Assembly (NCBI GenBank): GCA_044226015.1
Contig: JBGAHS010000001.1
Span: 1,056,001 to 1,120,000 of the forward strand
Origin: Candidatus Obscuribacteraceae bacterium
Lineage (GTDB): Bacteria; Cyanobacteriota; Vampirovibrionia; Obscuribacterales; Obscuribacteraceae
DNA: 64,000 bases
Direction: 5' to 3'
The stretch's first letter is position 1. Each line of letters begins with the position of its first letter. A program made the position numbers and the translations under genes. Of this stretch, positions 41,038 to 51,770 are shown one piece after another. The notes beneath the pieces are model-generated. The model did not search any database. It was not told the DNA's origin and saw only the letters and a list, made by a program, of their open reading frames with translations.

Positions 41038-41745
41038 TCACCCTATGAGCGAGAGCAGCCCGCCACCACCGGCGGGGACGTATTTTCTAATCCACTGTCC
41101 GAATGCTCTTGGGTTTCGCGTTTGAATCCATACTCTGCCTGGTCCCGTAAATTCGCAGCCCAAGCCTTCTCCGCTCGTCACAGATGAAACCCATCCTGTT
41201 CCTGCTTTCACAATTTTGTAGTTGGTGTCACCAGACCATGCTACAAGATGTCCGTTATCGACTACCATTTTTTGTCCGGCTTGAATTGGCAATTCCATGA
41301 TTGCTCCGAATGCGCTGACTGCGAAATGCCCCTGACCTTTCAAATGCAAAACAAAAAGACCTGCTCCTGAAAATACACCTGCTGTTAGTTTTTGCGCTCG
41401 GGTGTTCAACTCGACATTTTCAAATGCGGCTAGCATACAACCGTTTTGCACGTAGTAATCTTGACCGGCTTCAATCGAAATTATCTGCACATCTCCTGGA
41501 ACGGAGGGCGCAATAATCACATCTCCAGATCTGTCTGTAGCTCTGATGTCTTGGAAAAAGAGCGTTTCTCCTCCGAGAACTGAGCGTTTCATCGCGCCCA
41601 TGAAACCGCCCCACATGTGTCCATGAATTTCGAGATGACCGCTCTTCGCTACCATGGCACCTGACTCAGCTTTCATGGACTCGCCGGCTTCCAGGTGGGC
41701 CGAAATAACTGCATTGGTGCCTGCGTGCTTGATTTCGAAGTGCAT
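41038..41745 (-). CDS. AIM24/TIGR00266-family protein
   Basis: AESGAMV, GGETLF, VDNGHLVAW, SGEGL..FTGPGRVWIQTR. Confidence 0.92.
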   Translation of the reverse strand: MHFEIKHAGTNAVISAHLEAGESMKAESGAMVAKSGHLEIHGHMWGGFMGAMKRSVLGGETLFFQDIRATDRSGDVIIAPSVPGDVQIISIEAGQDYYVQNGCMLAAFENVELNTRAQKLTAGVFSGAGLFVLHLKGQGHFAVSAFGAIMELPIQAGQKMVVDNGHLVAWSGDTNYKIVKAGTGWVSSVTSGEGLGCEFTGPGRVWIQTRNPRAFGQWIRKYVPAGGGGLLSLIG

Positions 41746-41820
41746 ATACTACTCCCGTAAAGTCATATTCCTTGATACCCGATCTGTCTACAAGCAAAAC
41801 AAAACATGGACGAACAGGTC

Positions 41821-42282
41821 TTAGACTTCCAGAAGTCCGATATTTTGAGGATAGTTCCGAAGTGTTTCCAGCAGAATTGCAACAGCTTCACGTTGGCTAC
41901 GCCAGATAAATTTCTCGCGTACTTCGTTTTCGAGAATCCAGCGAAAATCGTCATGCTCATCATTCAGTGTTGGTACTGCGTCGGGCTCAATTTCTGCGGC
42001 GAAAACAGGAAGATGTACAATGCAATTTGTTGGACGAAATAGAAATGTTTCAATATATTCCACCATAAACATGCGCACAGGCATGAGGCTGGTTTCTTCC
42101 ATCAATTCTCTCTTCGCGGCTTCTATCGCGCTTTCGTTTTTTTCAGCAGAGCCATAAACTCCCTGCCAGGTGGATGGGAATGCATCGTCCTTTTCCGACC
42201 GATGGAGTTGAAGAAACTCGTAGCCGCTTTTGCTGCAGCGATAAGGGTAAACCGCTACACCTTCTGCTATGAGTGGAAACAT
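41821..42282 (-). CDS. NUDIX hydrolase
   Basis: GSAEKNESAIEAAKRELMEETSL Nudix box; LNDEHDDFRW. Confidence 0.9.
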   Translation of the reverse strand: MFPLIAEGVAVYPYRCSKSGYEFLQLHRSEKDDAFPSTWQGVYGSAEKNESAIEAAKRELMEETSLMPVRMFMVEYIETFLFRPTNCIVHLPVFAAEIEPDAVPTLNDEHDDFRWILENEVREKFIWRSQREAVAILLETLRNYPQNIGLLEV

Positions 42283-42465
42283 TGTTTGTCCTTTGTTGTC
42301 GGCTGTTCTTGCTTCTAAAGGTTTTATTCACGAGTTGTGCGGAATATTCTATTTGACTTGTCCCAAGTTCGCTACTTCTTATAAGGAACTCGTAATAAGG
42401 CGCCGATTTCCAAATTGAGGCAGAGTCTGCAAGTAATGCTCAAATTGGTGCTAGAATCAAAAAGT

Positions 42466-43731
42466 ATGACAGAAAGCCCTTATGCAGCTCTGAGGATTAG
42501 AGATTTTCGTTTTTTGCTGGCCGCAAGACTTTTTGTCACGGTCGCTGTGCAAATTCAGTTCATGGCTGTTGGTTGGCAGCTCTACTCATTAACAAAGAGT
42601 CCCCTTCTTCTCGGATTGCTTGGTCTTGCAGGTGCTTTCCCTGCTATTGGGGTTGCGCTCTACGCCGGACATGTCGCGGATATAGTTGACCGTCGAAAAA
42701 TTTTGATTTGCGCTGTCGTGGTTTTAACTACATCGATGGCTCTTCTTGCGTGCTGCTCGTTTGGATTAGAGTCAAAATTTCTTGTCCCTTTGATTTATAT
42801 TTGTATTGCTGTAACGGGCTTTGCCAGAGGTTTCTACGCTCCAGCGATATTTGGTCTCATATCTGACATTGTGCCTCGTGAGCTTTATGCAAATGCTGCC
42901 GCCTGGAACAGTTCGATGTGGCAAACCGCAGCTGTCATGGGTCCTATTCTCGGCGGGTTGCTTTATGTGGCGTTTGGTGCAGGGCTTACGTATACCTTCT
43001 CAACTTGCTTGATTCTTGGTTCTTTTGTTTGCTTCATGATGGTAAACGCGAAAACTGAATTCAAGAAAACCAATAAGGAGAATGGTGCGGTTGCGAACAT
43101 CAAGGAAGGTCTGAAATTCGTCTTTTCAAATCAAATTATTATTGGCTCAATGGCGCTTGATCTGTTTGCTGTCTTATTTGGTGGTGCGGTTGCACTTCTG
43201 CCCGTGTTTGCATCTGACGTATTTCATTCTGGTCCGCAAGTGCTTGGTTTTCTGCGCGCGGCACCATGTGTGGGGGCACTTCTCACATCAACTTATTTGA
43301 CTCACAATCCGATTAAGTCGAACGCCGGATTGATGCTTATGATTGCCGTTGCGGGCTTTGGGCTTTGCATGATTTGCTTTGGACTGTCTAAGAATTTGTA
43401 TCTTTCCTTTGGATTGCTAGCATTTAGCGGATGTCTCGATGGCATTAGTGTGTATGTTAGAAGCACTATTTATCAGCTTCTCACTCCGGCAGATATGAAA
43501 GGTAGAGTAGCTGCGGTCAACAGCATGTTCATCGGTTCATCGAATGAAATCGGCGAATTTGAATCTGGTCTGGCTGCCCGCTTGCTTGGTCTGGTTCCTT
43601 CTGTGGTTTTTGGGGGAACGATGACGATTCTTGTTGTACTGGTGACGATGTTAAAGGCTCCGAAGTTGAGAGCGTTAAACATGCAAAGTCTTTATCCGGA
43701 ATCGACTAAATCTGAAACCTCTAATGCCTGA
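42466..43731 (+). CDS. MFS transporter
   Basis: Multiple TM segments, GHVADIVDRRK motif A. Confidence 0.92.
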   Translation: MTESPYAALRIRDFRFLLAARLFVTVAVQIQFMAVGWQLYSLTKSPLLLGLLGLAGAFPAIGVALYAGHVADIVDRRKILICAVVVLTTSMALLACCSFGLESKFLVPLIYICIAVTGFARGFYAPAIFGLISDIVPRELYANAAAWNSSMWQTAAVMGPILGGLLYVAFGAGLTYTFSTCLILGSFVCFMMVNAKTEFKKTNKENGAVANIKEGLKFVFSNQIIIGSMALDLFAVLFGGAVALLPVFASDVFHSGPQVLGFLRAAPCVGALLTSTYLTHNPIKSNAGLMLMIAVAGFGLCMICFGLSKNLYLSFGLLAFSGCLDGISVYVRSTIYQLLTPADMKGRVAAVNSMFIGSSNEIGEFESGLAARLLGLVPSVVFGGTMTILVVLVTMLKAPKLRALNMQSLYPESTKSETSNA

Positions 43732-43928
43732 TGCTGCAATAGATTATGGCGCTCGGTTCGCTAATTGTGAATTGTTTTTTCAGTAACAGAGCATAAAGCG
43801 TGGCAGAAATTTTGCTCCAAATGTGTGATTTGGGGTTAGGATGGTTTTAGTAGGTGTTTCTCGGCAGAGAGCACTTTGCTTACTGATTCAGATGTGGCAG
43901 GCTTAGTTGCTCAAATGAATCAGAGGAG

Positions 43929-45065
43929 GTGAAAGTGGCAGACTCAGAAAAAGACGCTTCAGGCTTTGAGATATCATTGCAGTCTCTGGCGGAGCAGCAA
44001 GAAAAGCTGCTGAAGCAACAAGAGTCAATTCTGGCGATAATTGCAGAGTCAAGCAAACGCTCAAAAAAAGATGTGTGGGATCGAATCGGTGCCATTGCTC
44101 CCATTCTAAGTGGCACAATCTTGGCTCTGGGCGGTACCTATTTCACCGTTGCGTACAACCAGCAGCAACTCAAATTGCAAGAAGTGCAAACAATTGAGAA
44201 ATTCATTCCTCATATGCTTGGAGATGAAAAAAGCAAGCGCGCTGCAATTCTTGCTATTTCATCGATTGCAGATGCGAAGCTTGCAGCTAAGGTTGCCTCG
44301 ATTTTTGCCAGTCCTGGTACCGTGTCTGCGTTGGAGTCGATTGCAGAGAATGACTCGAATGCTGACCACAAAGCATTGAAAGGCGCTCTGGCACGTGCTC
44401 TCGATAATATGGCTGAGTCCTATCGTATGGACAAAAAATATGATGAGGCAATTCTTGCATATCAAAAAGCGTTGCAGGTTCAAGAGCAAGCATATGGCAG
44501 ATTTAGTCCAAAGCTCGTTCCCGAGCTCGGTCGTATAGCCGAACTGAATATGATTCACAAGAATTATTCAGATGCCGAGTCCATGATAAAACGTTCCGCA
44601 GACATTCAAAAGCAAACCTATGGTTCTGACTCTGCTCAGTTTGCTTCACAGCTGAGAAGGCTGGCGAGCATCTATAAGGAGCAAGGGCTTGATGCTAAAG
44701 CGCAATCAGTTCTGAGTCAGGCCAGCGCAATTGAGCAGAAAATTCCTGGTATTGCTCGTGGTGGCGATATCGACGTTGTGGCTGAGCCGACGCTTGATAA
44801 TTTGCCTGAGACTAATCCGCTTCCTGGTACTGCGAACCCTACTAGTCCAGGTTTAGCAAAAGAAGGTTCTGCTTCTCCGCCTGCAGGTGAGAAGCCGGCG
44901 AAAGTGATTTCCAGTGGCGAAGCTGTGCCTGCTTCTGATGCGGCAAGCAAAGCTCTCGCTGACAGCAAGCCGAGCCAGGACAGAAGCACTCATTCTGGCA
45001 GTACTAATGAAAGTAAGCCGGAAGAAGAATCTGAGCGTCCCGAAACCGTTCAGCCTTTTCCTTAA
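43929..45065 (+). CDS. Membrane-anchored TPR-repeat protein
   Basis: One TM; kinesin-light-chain-like TPRs (ALDNMAESY..YDEAILAYQKAL); disordered tail; GAGGAG SD. Confidence 0.8.
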   Translation: MKVADSEKDASGFEISLQSLAEQQEKLLKQQESILAIIAESSKRSKKDVWDRIGAIAPILSGTILALGGTYFTVAYNQQQLKLQEVQTIEKFIPHMLGDEKSKRAAILAISSIADAKLAAKVASIFASPGTVSALESIAENDSNADHKALKGALARALDNMAESYRMDKKYDEAILAYQKALQVQEQAYGRFSPKLVPELGRIAELNMIHKNYSDAESMIKRSADIQKQTYGSDSAQFASQLRRLASIYKEQGLDAKAQSVLSQASAIEQKIPGIARGGDIDVVAEPTLDNLPETNPLPGTANPTSPGLAKEGSASPPAGEKPAKVISSGEAVPASDAASKALADSKPSQDRSTHSGSTNESKPEEESERPETVQPFP

Positions 45066-45210
45066 TAACAGTTTTGTCATTAACTTAAAAGCTGTTTAGA
45101 GTCCTGTACTGATTGGCGTCTGGCTTTGTTCCAGAGCCGTCTTGTTCTGAATTAAGCAGTCAAATGTGCTAGATTATTGTTCCTAGAGCATCCATACCTT
45201 CGGGGGTTTT

Positions 45211-46413
45211 ATGGCGGAAACGGTGCACGCGTCTAAGCTTGCCGACTTCTTACTCGAGCTTGGAGTATTCAAGCAGGAAGAGATTCAAGAAGCCGTCCAA
45301 ATTGCGATACAAATAAACTTGCCCCTGGGTCGTGCTCTTGTCTTATCCAACAAAATGCCGGAGAAAGACCTTCGCATCGCTTTGCAGCTGCAAGCATTGC
45401 TGCGCGAGGAAGCCATAGACATTGAGACTGCGCGCATAGCGTTTCAATCGGTAAAGAATGAGAAGTCGAGTTTGTCTGATGCTTTGCAAAAACTTGGAGT
45501 ATCAAATCGAACAGGCGCTGAAGATTTGCAAAAAAGCAAGCTTGCGACTTTGTTGATCGATGCCGGTTTAGTATCACAAGAGCAAGTTGATGAGGCTATG
45601 AAAGTTGGCTATGAGACGGGCGCTCCTGTGGGACGTATGCTCACTCTGACTGGTGTAGTTGAACACAGCGTTTTGGCTCGAGCTTTGGAAGTGCAAGTGC
45701 TGCTGCGTGAAGGAAAGATGAGTCACGGCGAGGCAGTTGAACTTCTGCGCTCCGAGAGTTTGCGAATACTGCCGGTTGAAATGACAGCACAGCAGCGTGG
45801 TTTATCAAAGCAAGACCCGAACAAGCGGGTGCGTTTGGGCGAGCTCCTCATGCTTTCTGGCGTCCTCACTGAAGGCGACATGTTGAATGTTCTGGAAGTT
45901 GGTTTGACGACACCAAAACCGCTTGGAGATATTCTCATTGAAATGGGTTTGATTTCGCAAGCAGTTCTCGATATGGCGCTTAAATTGCAAAATATGATTT
46001 CGAGTGGTGCAATCGACATTCGTGCAGCTGCCGCTGCTCTGCAAGAGCTTGCGATTACAGGAAAGGCTGTTGACCCTAAGGACTGCAGTAAGTTGAGCGA
46101 AGAGTCAGATATTCGTCTTGGTGATTTGCTTCAGCAAACAGGACTTGTTGACACTGCTGACATTCAGGAAGCAATCGCTTTGAGTTCTACCTATCCGGCA
46201 ATGATAGGTAAGATGCTTGTTGTTGCAGGTTCTATTGATGAAGGTACTTTGTTGGCTGCACTGAGGTGCCAATTCCTACTCAGAAACAAGGCATTAACAG
46301 AAGAAGAAGCAAGCCAGGCGCTTCTTTATGCCCAGCGACATCGCATCAGTCTTGATGACTCCCTTGAAGAACTGGGTATTGCTATACCCGCCCAGCTTCG
46401 TCGGGATAGTTAA
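45211..46413 (+). CDS. Stand-alone protein of four MshEN/GSPII-E N-terminal-like repeats
   Basis: RLGELLMLSGVL, PLGDILIEMGLI, RLGDLLQQTGLV, IGKMLVVAGSI and related motifs. Confidence 0.75.
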   Translation: MAETVHASKLADFLLELGVFKQEEIQEAVQIAIQINLPLGRALVLSNKMPEKDLRIALQLQALLREEAIDIETARIAFQSVKNEKSSLSDALQKLGVSNRTGAEDLQKSKLATLLIDAGLVSQEQVDEAMKVGYETGAPVGRMLTLTGVVEHSVLARALEVQVLLREGKMSHGEAVELLRSESLRILPVEMTAQQRGLSKQDPNKRVRLGELLMLSGVLTEGDMLNVLEVGLTTPKPLGDILIEMGLISQAVLDMALKLQNMISSGAIDIRAAAAALQELAITGKAVDPKDCSKLSEESDIRLGDLLQQTGLVDTADIQEAIALSSTYPAMIGKMLVVAGSIDEGTLLAALRCQFLLRNKALTEEEASQALLYAQRHRISLDDSLEELGIAIPAQLRRDS

Positions 46414-46415
46414 GT

Positions 46416-47621
46416 ATGCGGGAAAATTTTACGGTGCGTGCTTTCCGGAATTTCCGGATTTTTTCGCATACAGTGACTTTCGCGCTTTTGTTCTGTCTTA
46501 TTGCACAATCAGCGATAGGAGCCCAAGCCGGTTATGCCGCGGAGCTGGCGGCGGACCGCAGCGCGCCAAATGCCCCTGCGGCAAGTGATGCGGCGAGCCC
46601 AAACGCTGAAGGCAGCAAGAATGCTTCATCAGCCAATCCATCCGAAAAAAATACCCAAGCTAAGACCTCATTGTGTGATGAAACCGTATCTGGTGGCAAG
46701 CAACTATCTCTTGAGGAACTCACTATATTCAACGGTGACGATAGTTCCGCCAATGAAGAGAGAAAAAAAGATATCGCAAAACGTGTTTTCGATGAAACAG
46801 GACTTGTGAAGCCTCGCCCCATGAGTACTAAGGAAAAAGACAGATTGCGTAAGGCTTTTGATGAAGGTAGCGCGAGTAAGTACTCTGTGCAAGAGCTTCT
46901 TGACGCTGGCGTCTTCAAATTCAAACCAATCGTTAATCTCCACCCTAAATGTAGCAGCAGCGAAGATGATAAATCTGTTCGTCTTCGTGACGGATCTGCT
47001 CTCGATATAGACAATGCAAGTTGGGGCAAGAAGAGCATTCCAGCTAAAATCGTTTATGGAGTTATGCACTCCACAGAAGATGGCGACGCCGGTGCCAGTA
47101 AGACAATAGATTATTGGAATAACGATTGTAGTGCCGGAAAGCGGAGTTCATCGACTCCGTTTGTGGTCGACCGAAATGATGATATTTATGTGACTGCTGA
47201 TTTTGAATCTCGCTGGCAACGACATTGCTCTTCGAAATTGACTGGCATACCTGGAGTGGTCAATTGGAATTCAGTTGGGGTTGAAATTACTCATTCCACC
47301 GAGAAGCAACTCGACTATACCAATGAACAAATGTTGAATGTCGCGCGTCTCTGGACCTATATTTTGCAGAGAGCACAAATTCCTGACAGCAAGATATACA
47401 CCCATGCTGAGCTGCAGGGGCATCTTCCGAAAGACCATGTTAGTTTCAGAACAGACCCCGAAGGTTTTGACTGGGCGCGGTTTGGAAAAGACATGAATGA
47501 ATTGCGAAAAATGAGCGGGCTTAAGCCTCCTGTCGATACCGATCTGGCGGAAGGGTCAGGGAAGACCGTTCCCCAAAAAGCCATTGAGGATGCTTTTTTT
47601 GATACGCAACCCAGGTCCTAG
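46416..47621 (+). CDS. Secreted N-acetylmuramoyl-L-alanine amidase (Amidase_2-like)
   Basis: VMHST, SVGVEI, YTNEQ, IYTHAE, TDPEGFDW; N-terminal signal/anchor. Confidence 0.75.
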   Translation: MRENFTVRAFRNFRIFSHTVTFALLFCLIAQSAIGAQAGYAAELAADRSAPNAPAASDAASPNAEGSKNASSANPSEKNTQAKTSLCDETVSGGKQLSLEELTIFNGDDSSANEERKKDIAKRVFDETGLVKPRPMSTKEKDRLRKAFDEGSASKYSVQELLDAGVFKFKPIVNLHPKCSSSEDDKSVRLRDGSALDIDNASWGKKSIPAKIVYGVMHSTEDGDAGASKTIDYWNNDCSAGKRSSSTPFVVDRNDDIYVTADFESRWQRHCSSKLTGIPGVVNWNSVGVEITHSTEKQLDYTNEQMLNVARLWTYILQRAQIPDSKIYTHAELQGHLPKDHVSFRTDPEGFDWARFGKDMNELRKMSGLKPPVDTDLAEGSGKTVPQKAIEDAFFDTQPRS

Positions 47622-47684
47622 CCAATCGAGTGGCTTTTTGCGATCCAGCACCAGATAAGCAACGGAACGCCTTCCACACGTACG

Positions 47685-48443
47685 TCAGGTTGTTGCCAAT
47701 CGAACACGTTTGAGCAAATCGTCCAGCGCAGGTTTCGCTCCTGCGGATTCAGGCAGCAAGCTTTTTTGCCCAGAGACTTCCAGATTTTTGAGCATTCGCT
47801 GAAACTCGTGTTCGTGAAACTCTAGATCCTTATTGCTGAGAGTTTGTTTTTCTTTTGTGCTGCTTTTGCGCTCTATTAGTTCGTCAATGAAGTTCAGGTG
47901 AAATCTTGTTTCATTCAATTTTTTCAAATTCGCTTCGATTTCTCCCGTTTCCATCAAATGAATGCCGGTCAAGATTACTCTGTATGTGTACAGCAAGGGT
48001 TTTATTCTCGCAGGATTTTCCTTGTTGAATAAGTTCCACTGATTGTTCGCAAACCCTAAATAGTGGTGAACATGCATTCGGGTGATGCAGTCTTTTGCAA
48101 TTTGCTTCAGTTCTTCGTGCTCTGGCGATGTTCTAATTATCAGTGGTGAGTAGAGTTGCTCGAGCACATACCCATTCTTTTTCAGGAGCAGTTTGAAAAA
48201 CTTCTTTATGTCATGCGTCACAAGGTCTAATTCTATGTTGTTGCGAAACTCAGAAAGCTCTGTCGTCTCCTCGCTTTCATCCAGCCCGATGATTTCACTA
48301 ACTGGAAGTATATGCACACCGCGCAAATCCCAATCAGAATCTGGAGAAGGGAAACCATATAAGTGTGCACCACTTACAGTGGCAAAAAGCAAGGGGAATT
48401 TGTGCTTGTCTGAGGCTTCAAAGAGTTCGGCTGGGAAATTCAT
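47685..48443 (-). CDS. RlaP/YcgL-type predicted nucleotidyltransferase
   Basis: SGAHLYGFPSPDSDWDLRG, KKNGYVLEQL, KPLLY. Confidence 0.88.
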   Translation of the reverse strand: MNFPAELFEASDKHKFPLLFATVSGAHLYGFPSPDSDWDLRGVHILPVSEIIGLDESEETTELSEFRNNIELDLVTHDIKKFFKLLLKKNGYVLEQLYSPLIIRTSPEHEELKQIAKDCITRMHVHHYLGFANNQWNLFNKENPARIKPLLYTYRVILTGIHLMETGEIEANLKKLNETRFHLNFIDELIERKSSTKEKQTLSNKDLEFHEHEFQRMLKNLEVSGQKSLLPESAGAKPALDDLLKRVRLATT

Positions 48444-48552
48444 GGCTTCCTTTCAATGCTTGTGATATGTTTTGTCAGTTAAGATGATTCTGCTTTGTCG
48501 TAACGAGCTCACGAACTCCGAGAGTTTACTGTGTCTTAATTAAGGCTGTTTG

Positions 48553-49503
48553 TTACTCAACTCGGGACTTTCGTGCCTTAATCAAAAACTCGTTGCACCA
48601 TTCATAATCTGGACGTTCAGGAAGCTTCGTATTTTCGAAGGCGGCATCAAAGTCTTTGTGAAGATTCAGGCGCCACTCATTTACTTCTTCCCATGCAAGC
48701 TCACCATTGCGAATCGCCATGAAGCGCTGGCGCTCATCTGCAACTTTCACAGGAACAAAGCCTTCTTTTAGGATTGTGATTCCGGATAGGAGAAGTCGAA
48801 CAAGGTGCATTACATGCTTCCATTTCAGTTTGCCCAAAGTTCGCAAATCTTGCTCAAGTTTTCTAAATTGCGATATGACGTAGCCGTTGTAGGTTTGATA
48901 GACCAGGCACGATAAGAATTTTTCCCTGTTTTCCAAGAGTTCCGCAGCAAGGGCATCTTGCTCTTCGATAATCGGAGTGTATAGGCACTCAAGTACATTC
49001 GGGTTTGCCTTCAACGCAAGAATTAGGAACTTTTGCATTTCCCAATAACATTCTTGTGTCTCATCGTTTTCAATTTGTTCTGGAATTCCATAGAGTGACC
49101 ATTGCATTCTAGTTGGTGGAAGATAGATGCCTCTGCGGTCAATGTCCGAACTGTCGACATCGAGTCCAAAAGCGCGAGAGCCGACGATGCAACGATAAAT
49201 TACGTATTGAAATAGATCGCGGTCTCCAGGCTCTGCATCCGGGCGATCGAAATGCAGGTTTTGCAGATGCTTTCTGATAGCTAATTCGCTACGGTGCAGG
49301 CTTGCGCTCTCGCCATCGGGAAAAAGCACCTGATAGGCATTTTTATTGTTTTCCGGCGCTTGTACTATTTTGCCGACAGCGCCCTGTCTTCTAATTGAGT
49401 TGCCGTCTCGATCTCGCAGCTCAACTACAGTGACAACTTGTGTCCCCACAGGTAATACCAGTGACTCTTTAAGTTTTTCATGCTCTTCTGACATAAATTC
49501 CAA
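48553..49503 (-). CDS. RlaP-type predicted nucleotidyltransferase with an N-terminal SH3-like domain
   Basis: GSRAFGLDVDSSDIDRRG, KANPNVLECL, KHVMHLVRLL; start may be ATG 49494. Confidence 0.88.
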   Translation of the reverse strand: MEFMSEEHEKLKESLVLPVGTQVVTVVELRDRDGNSIRRQGAVGKIVQAPENNKNAYQVLFPDGESASLHRSELAIRKHLQNLHFDRPDAEPGDRDLFQYVIYRCIVGSRAFGLDVDSSDIDRRGIYLPPTRMQWSLYGIPEQIENDETQECYWEMQKFLILALKANPNVLECLYTPIIEEQDALAAELLENREKFLSCLVYQTYNGYVISQFRKLEQDLRTLGKLKWKHVMHLVRLLLSGITILKEGFVPVKVADERQRFMAIRNGELAWEEVNEWRLNLHKDFDAAFENTKLPERPDYEWCNEFLIKARKSRVE

Positions 49504-50883
49504 TTACATTACAAGCGGGTCGAGGTGCCAGCCGCCATAGAGCCTAAAAAGATGAATCCACGAACCAATCGTGACTGCCGCGTTAAACAACAGGAAGCTC
49601 AACACTGCGATTTCTCCAACAGAAAGCTTCCACCTTCCGATAGATTTAGTCTGAGCTCCACATTGCATTAGCCCGCCAATTATCAATGCCATAATTGGTA
49701 TTTCAGAGGTAATGAGATATCGTCCTTGCGGACCACCCAGGTTTTTTGTCGATGCTGCGATCATCAATGCGATGTTAATTGTCAGGCAAAGCGCAAGGCT
49801 GAACCACATAATCAGAGGTTTGCCTTTGCCTTTTACAGCCAACTTTGAGCGCATGGTGGCAAGAGCAACTTGTGTCAATGGTGCCACTGTTGCAACTAAC
49901 ATGTAGAATCCGTAAATCCAGTACACTGGACGCCAGATGTATCTCGTCATATAGCCAAAAAGGCTCCAATAGCTGAACATTGTCAGCCGCCACCATTTGT
50001 GATCTTTTATTATGTGCGATGCGGGCAGGTAGTATGAAAGTGGCTTGTGATTAGCAACTGCCCACGACTTAAACATGGTTTGTGTTCCAGAAAAATCGCC
50101 AGGGTACTGAGTGTTGTTCTGATAGAACCACCAAGCTGAAACTACCACAGCAAGCACGCCTGCTGCTACGAAAGATGCCAGACCTGCAAGCAAACTTGTT
50201 CCATTTAGAAAGATAGATGCTATCAATGGTATTGCCACCACAGGTAGTATTGCGAGTCCAGCGTATTTTGAAATAGCAACCCAGCCGGAAAGTGCTCCGA
50301 TTATCATCGTTCGGTTAAAGCGCAAGCCCGAGGACAGCGATTCAAAGCTCAGCCACAAAATTATGCTTGCAAGCGCAGAAGATGTTGAATCACAGTTTGC
50401 GTACGAGTGAATAAATACAAGTTGGGGGTGGAGAATTATGGCTGCTGGCAAAGCCAGGGCTGCAATCAGATTCTTGGGAAACAAAAGTTTTCCGATGTAG
50501 TACGCCGCTAGCATCATCCACGCGCCCATGAAGAGGCTTCCAAGGCGTTCTGTTAGGGCGATTGATTCAATAGGAAATAGTGACGAAATAAGCACATGAG
50601 GGATATAACCCATTTGCGGAAGCGAGCCATAAACCGCTGATGCGCCACCATCAAAAACCTCTTTTGCCATAGGCAGTCGATGATGTTCCGTCAAGAATTT
50701 GATCACCCAGTGGTGCGCAAATTCGTCTGGTGCCTCGACCATAGGTAACATGAAGAGCCACGGCAGGCGAAACATCAAGTAAGCGCCGCCCAGGCAGAGG
50801 TATTCTTCGAGCCTGACTTTGCCGGAAAGGCCAAACGCTGAAGGGTTTGAATTTGTCTCAGAAGAGGATGAAAGCTGCTGCAT
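49504..50883 (-). CDS. GT-C-fold membrane glycosyltransferase (family 39/DUF2142-like)
   Basis: APDEFAH in the first loop, many TM segments, QGRY motif. Confidence 0.78.
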   Translation of the reverse strand: MQQLSSSSETNSNPSAFGLSGKVRLEEYLCLGGAYLMFRLPWLFMLPMVEAPDEFAHHWVIKFLTEHHRLPMAKEVFDGGASAVYGSLPQMGYIPHVLISSLFPIESIALTERLGSLFMGAWMMLAAYYIGKLLFPKNLIAALALPAAIILHPQLVFIHSYANCDSTSSALASIILWLSFESLSSGLRFNRTMIIGALSGWVAISKYAGLAILPVVAIPLIASIFLNGTSLLAGLASFVAAGVLAVVVSAWWFYQNNTQYPGDFSGTQTMFKSWAVANHKPLSYYLPASHIIKDHKWWRLTMFSYWSLFGYMTRYIWRPVYWIYGFYMLVATVAPLTQVALATMRSKLAVKGKGKPLIMWFSLALCLTINIALMIAASTKNLGGPQGRYLITSEIPIMALIIGGLMQCGAQTKSIGRWKLSVGEIAVLSFLLFNAAVTIGSWIHLFRLYGGWHLDPLVM

Positions 50884-51206
50884 TGGACTCTCTTGCTATC
50901 CCCTTTGCATTTTAGCTGATATGTTTGCTTGAGAACTCAAATCTTGTTTAGAGGAGATTTATTTGCGAAATTGATGACGCGATTAATTTTTGGCTTATTC
51001 CCTGGTGAGCTTAATTTTGCGGATTCATTTGGGACCTGGTCTATGTTCCAAAGAACCCAAAGACCTTGGGTTGCTTTGTATGGAAGTATATTTGTGGAAA
51101 CGCTTTTCAGGCGGAATGGTGCTGCGTTCTCATAGGTGCAAAATCAAATGAACAAGCATGTCCTAGTTTAGTCTCACTGCCATTTGCAAGGAGCTGCTTG
51201 TCCGAC

Positions 51207-51770
51207 TCAGCTATACGACCCCTTTATTTCGTCGCCCATGAGCACCAGGTCTGCCAGCTGGCGCATTGGCTCGATATATCGTGTGTATGCCTCTTCAACA
51301 TGAATGCTGTGCTTTATTGTCTCGATTGTGTCACGACCGCGTTCAACATCTCGCCGAATGCGTCTTGCCATCCTCTGATCAACCGGCGTATCTATAAATA
51401 TTTTCAGGCTGCAGATTTCATCGAGCGGGCTGTGAAAGGCGAAGATGCCCTCCACAATGACAATTCCGTTTTTCGGCGCGGGAATTAGCTGTGTGCCTTT
51501 TCGGCTGCAACTGCGCATGTCATACACGGGAATCCAAACATCTTCGCCATCTTTCAGGCGGAGGCATGCATCCGCACAGGCGTCCAGGTCGACCGCCGAC
51601 GGGTGGTCGAAGTCATAGGAGCCGTCGGGATTCAAATCGAGCTTGTCGAGGCTCTTGTAAAAGTGGTCAGTGGCTACAATCGATGCGCCGACAAACTTGT
51701 GCGAGAGTGTTGACTTTCCGGACCCAGAGCCGCCGCAGACGGCAATAATTTGCGGAGAACGTTTTCTCAT
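51207..51770 (-). CDS. udk: Uridine kinase family protein
   Basis: GGSGSGKST, DHFYK, FDHPSA, IVEGIF, RRIRRDVERGR. Confidence 0.88.
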   Translation of the reverse strand: MRKRSPQIIAVCGGSGSGKSTLSHKFVGASIVATDHFYKSLDKLDLNPDGSYDFDHPSAVDLDACADACLRLKDGEDVWIPVYDMRSCSRKGTQLIPAPKNGIVIVEGIFAFHSPLDEICSLKIFIDTPVDQRMARRIRRDVERGRDTIETIKHSIHVEEAYTRYIEPMRQLADLVLMGDEIKGSYS

